DNA of 64,000 nucleotides from a virus (Duplodnaviria; Heunggongvirae; Uroviricota; Caudoviricetes): the IMG/VR virus record IMGVR_UViG_3300032225_001769, positions 12,612 through 76,611 of that record; one strand, given 5' to 3'. The notes under the pieces are model-generated. The model searched no databases and was not told where the DNA came from. It saw nothing but the letters and a program-made list of their open reading frames with translations. This document shows positions 25,228 through 34,220 of the stretch, one piece after another; position 1 is the first letter of the stretch, and each line of letters starts with the position of its first letter. The translations under genes were made by a program, and so were the position numbers.

Positions 25228-25772
25228 AAAGGTTTTCCGTCTGTTCCTAGTATATCATATATTGTGTATTTAAAGGTAACTCTAGCACTAAGAAATATCG
25301 TATCAATTGGAGTTGCGTCAAATTCTAAAGATGATAATGCTACAGGAAATAAATCTCTGAATTTTACAATAGCAATATCTCTATAATTACTATTCAAAAT
25401 ATGAAGTGATCCATCACTAAATGCCTGTTTTGAATCTCTTACTTCTTGGTCATTTGTAGTTAGATTTTTATATTGCTCAGCAGTTTCTGGAAATCCTAAT
25501 CCTGTTAACCAATTATGAATTATCATATAGTTTTCCATATTTTCATCAACCAAAAATTTTAGTGAGAAATCTCCATAAGTCAAAATTTCTCCTGGAACAT
25601 CAAGGTTTTTTAAGTATGATGGTTGTTTAGCAACTCCTAAAGTAATTTCTGGGATTACTGCAGAATTGCAGAAATATGAAACTTTAGGTTCCTTTGCCAG
25701 AGTAAATTTAAATCCAACTGGCGAAAGAAAATTTCTATTTTGTATTTGATTAGAAAATGTTGAAGTTGCCAA
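25224..25772 (-). CDS. gp3: Tail tube terminator / tail completion protein gp3 (probable TTG start at 25772)
   Basis: RNFLSPVGFKF, LTYGDFSLKFLVDENMENY..IHNWL, FRDLFP..LS.LEF. Confidence 0.9.
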   Translation of the reverse strand: MATSTFSNQIQNRNFLSPVGFKFTLAKEPKVSYFCNSAVIPEITLGVAKQPSYLKNLDVPGEILTYGDFSLKFLVDENMENYMIIHNWLTGLGFPETAEQYKNLTTNDQEVRDSKQAFSDGSLHILNSNYRDIAIVKFRDLFPVALSSLEFDATPIDTIFLSARVTFKYTIYDILGTDGKPL

Positions 25773-25801
25773 TGTCTTTATCTTTTTATTTGTATTTAGA
25801 T

Positions 25802-25827
25802 AAAAAAAGGGATCCCGAAGGATCCCC
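25802..25827 (-). terminator. Intrinsic terminator after g23
   Basis: GGGATCC-TTCG-GGATCCC-T7. Confidence 0.9.
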
Positions 25828-25847
25828 ATGAGATTTGTGAGAAAGAC

Positions 25848-27254
25848 TCACATAAGGTTTTGTACCGCAACTCTTCTGTAGTAGACGTTGGTGTTTCTTT
25901 CAAGAGCACCAGGGTTAGCAGTATCTGCACCCTTAGCAAATGGGTTAGCAACAATACCGTAACGAGTCTTAAATCCAATTTTTGGTTGGAAAGTGTTCTC
26001 ACCAACGGCACGAACCATTTGGAGAGGAACATAAGGACAGTAGAAGAGACCAGCATCATAAGGGGAAGAACCCTTATAACCGACAACATAATACTGACCA
26101 CTAGTTGCACCAGAGTTGGTGAAACCACCAGCATAAGGATCGATATAGACCTTATACTTACCTTGGAGAATACCAGCGAAGGTATTGCCAGTGTCATCAA
26201 CGTTAAGGTTAGCGTTGAGTGCTGGGGTGTAATCAAGAACACCTGCCATGGTGAGTGCCGAAGCAACGTCAGCAGAACAGAGGATCATGTTACCCTTTCC
26301 TCTACGAGTTTGTTGTGCGATTGCGTTAGCATCGCGCTCGATTTGGAAGATAAGACCTTTGAACTTCTCAACTGACCAACGACCATTGGAGTCAACGTCA
26401 AGGTCAAAAGTACCAGCGGTAGCAACGTTGGTCTGAGCACCAGGCTTAGCAACGTTATAGATGGTACGGATGACTTCACGGTTGATTTCAGCAAGAATCT
26501 CAGTTGACAGAAGATTTGCCAACTCAGCTTCTGCATTCAGACCGTGAATTGCCTTGAGGTCTTGAGCGAGTTCAAGTGAATACTCAGCTTTCAGAGCACG
26601 GGACTTTGCAGTAACGGTGATTTTCTCGATTGAGAAAGACATCTCGTTGAACTGACCACCCTCAGCAGTACCAAGGTTTTCTGCGTTATCAGTACGCATA
26701 CCTTGACCAACGTTATAAAGTGTTGGGTTAGTTCCAGCTGCATCAAGAAGACCTGGGTTTGAACCTTGCTGAGCAGTAGTACCAAGACCAACTGCACCAC
26801 TAGTCCATCCTTCGGTTTTATTGAAGGTTGAACTTTGACCAGAGAATGCGGAATCTACTTCGTTGTATAATGCTTCCGTACCAAGTTGTGTCTTGTAGCG
26901 TGAACGCATTGCGAAGATAAGTCCTGTAGGACCGTTCATTGGTTGAACACCTGCGAGGTCATAAGCGACCAAGTTAGGCATTGCGCGTCTGATCAAGGAG
27001 ATCAGAACGGGGTCGAAACCAGCTACTGGTGAAGAAGCAGCTGCGCTGAAACCAGCATTGGATCCTGTAGCAGTGCTATTGGTTGGAACGTTTTCCGAAA
27101 GAAACTCGCGCTCTTCACGGATAGTTTTTTCTTGGTTTTCGAGCAGGACAGCGGTAACCATTCTACGATGAGAATCCTTGATTGTATCAAGTCCCTGATA
27201 GTCCAGGATTGGTGCCCACTTCTCCTGCAAATATTCTGCATTGAACATCTGCAT
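25848..27254 (-). CDS. gp23: Major capsid protein gp23
   Basis: KWAPIL, GVQPMNGPTGLIFAMR, KSRALKAEYSLELAQDLKAIHG, IGFKTRYG. Confidence 0.99.
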   Translation of the reverse strand: MQMFNAEYLQEKWAPILDYQGLDTIKDSHRRMVTAVLLENQEKTIREEREFLSENVPTNSTATGSNAGFSAAASSPVAGFDPVLISLIRRAMPNLVAYDLAGVQPMNGPTGLIFAMRSRYKTQLGTEALYNEVDSAFSGQSSTFNKTEGWTSGAVGLGTTAQQGSNPGLLDAAGTNPTLYNVGQGMRTDNAENLGTAEGGQFNEMSFSIEKITVTAKSRALKAEYSLELAQDLKAIHGLNAEAELANLLSTEILAEINREVIRTIYNVAKPGAQTNVATAGTFDLDVDSNGRWSVEKFKGLIFQIERDANAIAQQTRRGKGNMILCSADVASALTMAGVLDYTPALNANLNVDDTGNTFAGILQGKYKVYIDPYAGGFTNSGATSGQYYVVGYKGSSPYDAGLFYCPYVPLQMVRAVGENTFQPKIGFKTRYGIVANPFAKGADTANPGALERNTNVYYRRVAVQNLM

Positions 27255-27307
27255 TTTTGTTTACCTCTATTTAAAATGTGTTAGTTTGATTTTGTATTAT
27301 ATAGAAA

Positions 27308-28480
27308 TCACTTAGTAGTTCTACTGAGAACTGAGAGGTATCTTTCCATAATTCCACTTATTTGTGGAGTTTCTGGATACTCTACGCTTTCAGATAAATT
27401 CTCGGTAACTTCTCTTTGAGTACCAGCATTAGATGGGAAGTATGATTCCCTCAGAGTTACCAGTTTCTCACGATAGTCTGACTCACTATCAAACTCAACA
27501 TTTTCTGCAAGAGAAGCGAGTTTGTCCTTCTGAGAAAGTGCTAGACCCTCAGCGACATCTGCAAAGATTACATCGGCAACCGACTCTGCTAATCTGTTAT
27601 TAAGAGCAATATTTTTTTCAATTTGCTCGTTGAGTTTTTCTTCCATTTCATCAAGTTTATCTACCATACTCTCGATTACATCATATTTCTCTTCAGGGAT
27701 TGATACATAATGATCTTCAAAAAGACCTCTCATTCCAAGAAGGAATGATTCGGTCATTTCAGTTTTAAGTCCTTGCTCAATTGCAAGGGCATTTTCTGAA
27801 ACCCACTCATCTGCAACATACTCAAGATAAGCATCAACTCTTTCAATGAGTCCTTGCTTAATATTCTCAACTTCTTCGATGAGTGCATTCTCATAAGTTT
27901 CTTGAATCTGCTCTTTGATCTCAGATACTTTTGATCTGATGGCAGCTTCAAAAATGGTTCTTGCTTTCTCTTGGAATTCCTCAGAAAGATCCTCACCTGA
28001 AAGGAGAGCATTGACATCTTCTTCGATATCATACTCTTCTTTCATTTCATCTTCATCATCATCCTCAGAATCATCCTCAGAATCATCCTCTTCGGATTTC
28101 TTAGGATTCTTTTTACCATATTCCTTTTTATCTTCCTTTTGATCCTTTTCGCTACCTTCATCTTCTTTCTCGGAAGCCTCTAAAAGTGCCTCGTCTTCGT
28201 CATACTCTGCATCTTCTTTTGCAAGTCCCTGCATAGGTTGTGCTGCTGCAGCCTTAGCATTAACAACATTCTTGACTTGTTGAAGAGTTGTACCAGGAGT
28301 ATTGAGTTTTGCTGACTCATCATCTGTGCGATAATTTTCTGGAGTAGGGCCACCCAAATCTTCCCAAGCACCAGTTTGTCCAGGAGCAATTCCAGTGGAC
28401 AACCTTTGCATTGGTTCAGCGGATGCAGCTCCTTTGGTTACTACGTTTTCCATTTCTTGTAAATTGCTACCAACGGACAT
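27308..28480 (-). CDS. gp22: Prohead core scaffold gp22
   Basis: Acidic, KARTIFEAA, YLEYVADEW, GLKTEMTESF. Confidence 0.93.
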   Translation of the reverse strand: MSVGSNLQEMENVVTKGAASAEPMQRLSTGIAPGQTGAWEDLGGPTPENYRTDDESAKLNTPGTTLQQVKNVVNAKAAAAQPMQGLAKEDAEYDEDEALLEASEKEDEGSEKDQKEDKKEYGKKNPKKSEEDDSEDDSEDDDEDEMKEEYDIEEDVNALLSGEDLSEEFQEKARTIFEAAIRSKVSEIKEQIQETYENALIEEVENIKQGLIERVDAYLEYVADEWVSENALAIEQGLKTEMTESFLLGMRGLFEDHYVSIPEEKYDVIESMVDKLDEMEEKLNEQIEKNIALNNRLAESVADVIFADVAEGLALSQKDKLASLAENVEFDSESDYREKLVTLRESYFPSNAGTQREVTENLSESVEYPETPQISGIMERYLSVLSRTTK

Positions 28481-28506
28481 TTTAGATCTTGTGTATAATC
28501 TATATT

Positions 28507-28514
28507 TATTTATA
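28507..28514 (-). promoter_or_regulatory. T4 late promoter TATAAATA (other copies at 8623, 18817, 19051, 29647, 34200, 46295, 55579)
   Basis: Exact gp55 consensus on the minus strand, mostly just upstream of gene starts. Confidence 0.85.
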
Positions 28515-28516
28515 AT

Positions 28517-29167
28517 TTAAAGATTTGTGAGAAAATTTTGGAACAATTCAACTTTATGTTCCTGAAGTTTTCTTTCGTCAATTAGGGTATTAATTCTTCT
28601 TTTTGTATTAGTTGCAAGTTGCTCACGAAGAATTCCCCCATCCCAAATCCATTCTTTACCTTCCATAATTCCCTGAACAAATGCATCAGGAGCAGAAGGA
28701 TCTGCAACAATATCTGCCGCAGTTGCAAGCATGAAATCATTGCCAACTATTTTATGACCTTCATTAGTCAATTGAAGAGAACCTACACCACGAGAAGAAA
28801 CACCAAGACAAACTCCTTCAGAAATAAGTGCTTTGGCAATTTTTCCCATCGGAGTTTCAAGAAGTTTTGCTTTTCCCACAAAATTAGAACCCTCTCTAAC
28901 AAGAGATGTAATCATATGAGATGCACGATCTAGATTAACTGTAGGCCCATCTGGATGCCCAAGTTCTCCTAAAGCACGACCCTTATTAATAAAATTCTCA
29001 GTATATCTTTGAACTTCTTTAGAAAGAGTGCTCATAGGATACATTCTTCCATTACGATTACAAATATCACCTTGAAGGAAAATACCTTCAATATACATTT
29101 TCTTTTCGGCACCTTTTCCTTCGGTGATAAATTTAACTTTTTGTACTTCTTCTGTGATGAGTTTCAT
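28517..29167 (-). CDS. gp21: Prohead protease gp21
   Basis: NRNGRMY, GELGHP, GVSSRG, DIVADPSAPDA. Confidence 0.97.
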   Translation of the reverse strand: MKLITEEVQKVKFITEGKGAEKKMYIEGIFLQGDICNRNGRMYPMSTLSKEVQRYTENFINKGRALGELGHPDGPTVNLDRASHMITSLVREGSNFVGKAKLLETPMGKIAKALISEGVCLGVSSRGVGSLQLTNEGHKIVGNDFMLATAADIVADPSAPDAFVQGIMEGKEWIWDGGILREQLATNTKRRINTLIDERKLQEHKVELFQNFLTNL

Positions 29168-29168
29168 T

Positions 29169-29435
29169 TTAGTTTGTGAATGCTACTTTATTTGCTCTAA
29201 TTTGACCAGATGTCCAGATAACATCAGATCCCAATTTTGCTAAAAATTCTACAGATCCTGATGGAATTGCAAAATAATTTGTAGTTGCTGCACCAACAAT
29301 AGTAGATAATCCAACAGTAACTATCCCTGCCGTACTATTATATAATCGGACACAAGTAGCAGATCCAATACTAGTAGCTGCCCCAGCGGAGGTTGCTGTA
29401 TTTACTTCAGCATCAATAATTTTAGTAATTGGCAT
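29169..29435 (-). CDS. Small head-module protein
   Basis: 88 aa within the head operon. Confidence 0.7.
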   Translation of the reverse strand: MPITKIIDAEVNTATSAGAATSIGSATCVRLYNSTAGIVTVGLSTIVGAATTNYFAIPSGSVEFLAKLGSDVIWTSGQIRANKVAFTN

Positions 29436-29620
29436 TATTCTAGATCCTCAGAATGTTCTTCATCATTCTCCACATCTTCTCCACCAAATAATGATGATGC
29501 AACATATGGTTTTGCACCATCAATTCTTTCAGATGCCTTAGCAAATAATAAATCTTTGATTTTATCGCTGATTTCAGATGGCCCAGAATCTGTGGCGATC
29601 AAATCTATAAGTTCTTCCAT
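29435..29620 (-). CDS. Prohead core protein (gp67/gp68-like position)
   Basis: MEELIDLIA...ISDKIKDLLFAKASERI. Late promoter upstream. Confidence 0.7.
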   Translation of the reverse strand: MEELIDLIATDSGPSEISDKIKDLLFAKASERIDGAKPYVASSLFGGEDVENDEEHSEDLE

Positions 29621-29649
29621 AAAATTTAATATAGTATTATAATAATTAT

Positions 29650-31335
29650 TTATATCTCTGCTTTCTTAACATCTTTAGGGGATGGTGGTTCTGGAGGAGG
29701 TGGTGCTTGCAATTGTGGGTCAATTCCCTGATCTGATGACATTGGATCCATTCCCAATTGATCTGGAGGTGGTAACGGTTCTCCAGTAATTGGATCTATT
29801 GTTGCTGGATCTGGAATAATACCTTTTTTAATTTCAGATTTAATTTCCTGATCAATTTCGATAATTTCAGAATCTGTTTGACGGAGTATTTTTCTACGAA
29901 CATAATTTTGAGAATAATATTTCCCAATATAAGGTTCAATAGTTGCAAGAATTCCAAGTCTTTCTGTCATCAATTCCGATTCTTTAAGTTCTGCAAATTG
30001 ATTGTCATAGAGATAATCGTATTGGATATGATCACTCATTGCATCCCAATCTTCTGGGGTAACAATATTTTTTAATACCAATTGTGTTTTTAACATATCA
30101 CTGAAAAGATTAGAAAATCTTTTTCTCAATCTTCCAACAAATTTAGAAAATTTTAATTCATCTCTAAGAATCTCTGATGATCTTCCAAGATTAAATCCAT
30201 CACCACTTCCAGTAATTCTGGATTCTGGAACACCAAGTGCTCTATAGAGTTTTTTCTGAAAATATTCAATATCAGAAAGTTCTCCTAAATTTTGCCCTCC
30301 AGGAAGTGTTGTAATTTCTGTTCCTCTTCCACCTTCACGACGAGGTAACCAAAAATCTTCCATCATAGACATAAATTTTCGATCATCTCTCACTTCTCCA
30401 GTGGATGCATCATAAATCAATTTATTTCTATAGCGAGACATAACCTCTTTGAGATATTGCTCTGCCTTTACTTTTGGTAGATTTCCAACATCAATATAGA
30501 ATATTCTTCTTTCTGGAGCACGAGATAGTCTGTAAATAACTAAAGAATCTTCAATCATTCTCAATTGATTGAGTGCCTTAATTGCTTTATGAAGATATGA
30601 AAGAATTGTTCCTTTGTTTCTGTCTTGAAGCCCAGAAGTTACATATGTGATTGAATCTTTTGCAATTTTAATTTGTTTTTGAGATCCTCCACTAGAAAAT
30701 GATCCAGCAGCATATTGTGAAGTGGGGGAATATGCAAAAAATTCTTCAATTTCTGGAAAAAATACTTTATCTGTTTCTTGTATAGCGTTTACATTAATTA
30801 AATTTCTATTATTTTTTTTCTTTTCTTGGCGAATAAATTTCATTTTCATAGGATCAATATATCTAAGATCCTGAATACCATCTTGAGGTCTTTTAATATC
30901 AATTACTTTCAAATAGAATAACTTACCATCTACATACCAATTTCTAAAAATCTCATGAGATTTTCTATCAAAATCTAAAAGTTCTTTGATATATTTAAAC
31001 TCTTCTCTAATTTTTTCCTTTAATTTGTCACTAGCATTGAGATTGGATAGTTCAATTTCAACAGGAGAATCATAAAGATCACTCACAATTGCTTCATTGA
31101 CAACATCCTCAATAGCATTATCACATTCCGGATGTAATGCCATTTCACGATATCTTTTTACCAAATCAAATTCAGTTCTATAAACACCTTCAATATCTAA
31201 ATATTGACCATAAAATCCACTTGAAATAAAATTGTCTACCCCATCGTCATTGTTAGGTGGGACGGGGGAGACAATAGATTTAGATTTTAATTTTTCATTA
31301 GAATCATCAATCGAAAATCCAAAAAGTTTTGCCAT
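29650..31335 (-). CDS. gp20: Portal protein gp20
   Basis: YREMALHPE, RAPERRIFYIDVGNLPK, EDFWLPRREGGRGTEI. Confidence 0.99.
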   Translation of the reverse strand: MAKLFGFSIDDSNEKLKSKSIVSPVPPNNDDGVDNFISSGFYGQYLDIEGVYRTEFDLVKRYREMALHPECDNAIEDVVNEAIVSDLYDSPVEIELSNLNASDKLKEKIREEFKYIKELLDFDRKSHEIFRNWYVDGKLFYLKVIDIKRPQDGIQDLRYIDPMKMKFIRQEKKKNNRNLINVNAIQETDKVFFPEIEEFFAYSPTSQYAAGSFSSGGSQKQIKIAKDSITYVTSGLQDRNKGTILSYLHKAIKALNQLRMIEDSLVIYRLSRAPERRIFYIDVGNLPKVKAEQYLKEVMSRYRNKLIYDASTGEVRDDRKFMSMMEDFWLPRREGGRGTEITTLPGGQNLGELSDIEYFQKKLYRALGVPESRITGSGDGFNLGRSSEILRDELKFSKFVGRLRKRFSNLFSDMLKTQLVLKNIVTPEDWDAMSDHIQYDYLYDNQFAELKESELMTERLGILATIEPYIGKYYSQNYVRRKILRQTDSEIIEIDQEIKSEIKKGIIPDPATIDPITGEPLPPPDQLGMDPMSSDQGIDPQLQAPPPPEPPSPKDVKKAEI

Positions 31336-31361
31336 ATTATAAGTTTATTTGTATATTTTAT

Positions 31362-31955
31362 TTAGTTAATGTTTTCACCACCAGCATTTGTACCATTACC
31401 TTTGATTGCTTCCCACCACTGTACTTGGAATTCGCAAGTAAATTGTTCAATTTCATCAGTAGTATCATAAGAAAGTTGAATCTGTGCAAGATTTGTTGGG
31501 AAAATATCATACATGTGATATGCTCTAAGAGTAGAACCATCACGATCCAATTGATAAACAAAAGCATCTGCTTGATAAAGTGCTGGGTCAGTAACTCCAG
31601 TTGCATCAGAAAGTCTATTGATCGTATTCATCCACTTTTCAAGAGCAGAGCGAATTGCAAAGTCAGTATCATTGATTACTGTAACAGTCCAACTTTCAAA
31701 AGTTCTATCTCCTGCAACTTTTAAAATTCGTCCTCTAAATGGAACATTAACAGGGCCAACGGTCGATGCTGGAAGAGCAGCTGTTTTGACTAAGAATCTA
31801 ATCTTGTCAAGAGTATTGGAATCTGTTGGAGAAGATGCTGGAAATGATAGTACAACTTCAAAAAGATTTGCACGAGCACCACCACCGGAAAGCTTACTCT
31901 TGAAGTCGGTAATCTTCCTTAAAGGAGGTGTATTTAATTGATTTCTGGTTGCCAT
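31362..31955 (-). CDS. gp19: Tail tube protein gp19
   Basis: GGARANLFEV, VPFRGRILKVAGDRTFESW. Confidence 0.97.
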   Translation of the reverse strand: MATRNQLNTPPLRKITDFKSKLSGGGARANLFEVVLSFPASSPTDSNTLDKIRFLVKTAALPASTVGPVNVPFRGRILKVAGDRTFESWTVTVINDTDFAIRSALEKWMNTINRLSDATGVTDPALYQADAFVYQLDRDGSTLRAYHMYDIFPTNLAQIQLSYDTTDEIEQFTCEFQVQWWEAIKGNGTNAGGENIN

Positions 31956-31976
31956 TGTGTTTTACCTCTAGATTAA

Positions 31977-34163
31977 TTAGAATTGTCCGATTACTTCATC
32001 AAAAGAAACGCCAGTTCTGGTGGCAACGAAGGTAAGACCAATATAATTAATTGATCTTGCAGGTTTAATGTAGATGTCAGCAACAAATTCATTATTGTCA
32101 ATTACCGCCGCAGTATTATTTGTTTCATCACAAACAACAACATAATCATAAACTCCTCTCTTTGATTGAACATCTCGAAGGAATGGTTCAATAATATTTA
32201 CAAAATTTGTTCTTGTAATTTCATCATTGAATTCAAAAAGTTGATCTTTAGCAGCATCAGAGATAGCTGTTTCAAGATAGATAAAGAGGCGACGAACGTT
32301 AATTCTATCGAATGCTGATGCTTTTCCATATCCAGTTTTATCACCAAATAGAATAATTCCTGCTCCTGGTGAGAAGATGACTGGATTAATTCTATTTGAA
32401 AATAGACGATCTCTTTGAGACTTAGTAGGATTATATGCTAACTTAACAGCATTCAAGATTGCACCTCTTGAAGTTCCTGCTGGAGAATACCAGGCATAAT
32501 TATTAATGTCATTGCGAGCACAAGTTCCAGCAATATCCCCATTCAAGGGTACATATCTGAAGGTATTTGAGAATCTATCATACATGTACTTATAACCACT
32601 ATCAAATACTGCATAAGTTGAAGAAGTGATAGGTGCATAGAACTGAAGAACTTTATCAGTAATATCTGCATCAGATCTTACAGTTACTGCCCCTTGATCT
32701 GATGTATCAGTAAGTGCAGATCCTCTATAGGGAGAAATAAATGCGATAGCATCTTTTCTTAATTCTGCAACTGAAATAAGTCTTTCTGCGAGTGCCTGAG
32801 CATCATAAATGTTGTAATTTCCAGATCCCATTAAAAGGAAATCGACTTTAAAGTTATTGGCATTTTCAAATGAACTGTATCCTGCAGAAATTTTTGCAAT
32901 TGTTGCAGTTAATGCTCCAGATGTTGTAATTCCAGCTTGCCCGTTATAATCCAATCCTCCATTTAGAATTAAATTTTTTGCTCCACATGCACCAAAAATT
33001 ATACCGCTTGCTCCTTGATCCCAATTATAATTTGTCGATACTGTAAATCCAGCACTAAATCCTGTGGGAGTAATTGCTGCTGGAGAAGAACCACCAAAAA
33101 TATATTGAGAATCATTTGTAAGATACTTTCTCCAGTAAGAAGGACTTCCAACTGAGAATTGGGCATCCGATGCTTTAGAAAGATTTAAGTGCTTCTCAAG
33201 AATTGTTCCCGCATTGCCAGTAATTGCCCCTAAAGCATCAATTACTACAACATGAACCTCATCAAATCTTGAACCTCTTACATTAGCATAATCTGACGTA
33301 AACGGACGATCTGCAATACTATTCCAGTTAATTGTGATTTCTGATGTTGCTGTTCCAACAAAACCAGTGCCGATTGTAAGAGTTTGTTGATCAAACCAAT
33401 CTACTGAAGTTGAAGCAGTAGTTGTTGCAACTCCAACAGAAGCATTATTTGTTAAGTATAAAGATCCATAAGTTACGCCAGTTTCAAAGGCATAAATTGA
33501 ATTTGGTTGATAATCTACATTTCTAATTATTCCTGCAGCAGATACATGATTTAAAAGTTTTACTGAAATTGTTCCAGAACCAACTTCGGTAACGATACCT
33601 TTAAAATATCCATCAAGAAGAGAAGTTCCTGCAGCTCCTGCTACAACTTTTCCTGCGGTAGATTGTGTGATACCATATCCAACTAAAATATTTGTTGTGG
33701 TAATTCCAATGATTTGATCTGCCTTCGCATCAATCATCCCCACTATAATTCCATTAGACCAAGATCCGGGATTTCTTGCAGCAACAGTTACGCTAGGAAT
33801 TATGGATTCATCATATCCCAATTCGGTATAATGATCTAAACTTTTAATTTTAATGCTCGATGCTGCACCAGAGAAACCATTCTTTAAATCTGTATCATCT
33901 GCTCTTATTACTCTTAATGATCCACCATAAGCAAGATAAGAAGAAGCAACTAACCAATTTTCATAATGCTTATCTATTGCATATGGTTCCCCAAAATTAT
34001 TAAGTAGATCCTGTTCAGTTTCCACTAAAGTTGGCGAATCAACAGGCCCTTTTGCAAAAGGAGCTACGATTGCGCCAATTTTATTTGAAGTTGGGCCGAC
34101 TCTTCCAATAGTTAAGTCAACTTCTCTTACTACAATTCCAGGGGATGCTAAATTTAGCGCCAT
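31977..34163 (-). CDS. gp18: Tail sheath protein gp18
   Basis: SPGIVVREVDLT, SPAGTSRG, FDRINVRRLF, KPARSINYI. Confidence 0.98.
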   Translation of the reverse strand: MALNLASPGIVVREVDLTIGRVGPTSNKIGAIVAPFAKGPVDSPTLVETEQDLLNNFGEPYAIDKHYENWLVASSYLAYGGSLRVIRADDTDLKNGFSGAASSIKIKSLDHYTELGYDESIIPSVTVAARNPGSWSNGIIVGMIDAKADQIIGITTTNILVGYGITQSTAGKVVAGAAGTSLLDGYFKGIVTEVGSGTISVKLLNHVSAAGIIRNVDYQPNSIYAFETGVTYGSLYLTNNASVGVATTTASTSVDWFDQQTLTIGTGFVGTATSEITINWNSIADRPFTSDYANVRGSRFDEVHVVVIDALGAITGNAGTILEKHLNLSKASDAQFSVGSPSYWRKYLTNDSQYIFGGSSPAAITPTGFSAGFTVSTNYNWDQGASGIIFGACGAKNLILNGGLDYNGQAGITTSGALTATIAKISAGYSSFENANNFKVDFLLMGSGNYNIYDAQALAERLISVAELRKDAIAFISPYRGSALTDTSDQGAVTVRSDADITDKVLQFYAPITSSTYAVFDSGYKYMYDRFSNTFRYVPLNGDIAGTCARNDINNYAWYSPAGTSRGAILNAVKLAYNPTKSQRDRLFSNRINPVIFSPGAGIILFGDKTGYGKASAFDRINVRRLFIYLETAISDAAKDQLFEFNDEITRTNFVNIIEPFLRDVQSKRGVYDYVVVCDETNNTAAVIDNNEFVADIYIKPARSINYIGLTFVATRTGVSFDEVIGQF

Positions 34164-34220
34164 CTGTATTCCTCTACAATTCCAGAATTATTCTAAAAGT
34201 ATTTATAAAAATCCGCCTTT

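Noticed and set aside
25860-26375. 171-aa plus-strand ORF opposite g23, and the other short alternative-frame ORFs in the track
   Set aside because: These are shadows of biased, conserved genes, with no motifs or initiation signals.
28050-28095. Short tandem repeat (GAGGATGATTCT-like units) in g22
   Set aside because: It encodes an ordinary acidic low-complexity scaffold linker (EDDS repeats). It has no spacers and is not CRISPR-like.
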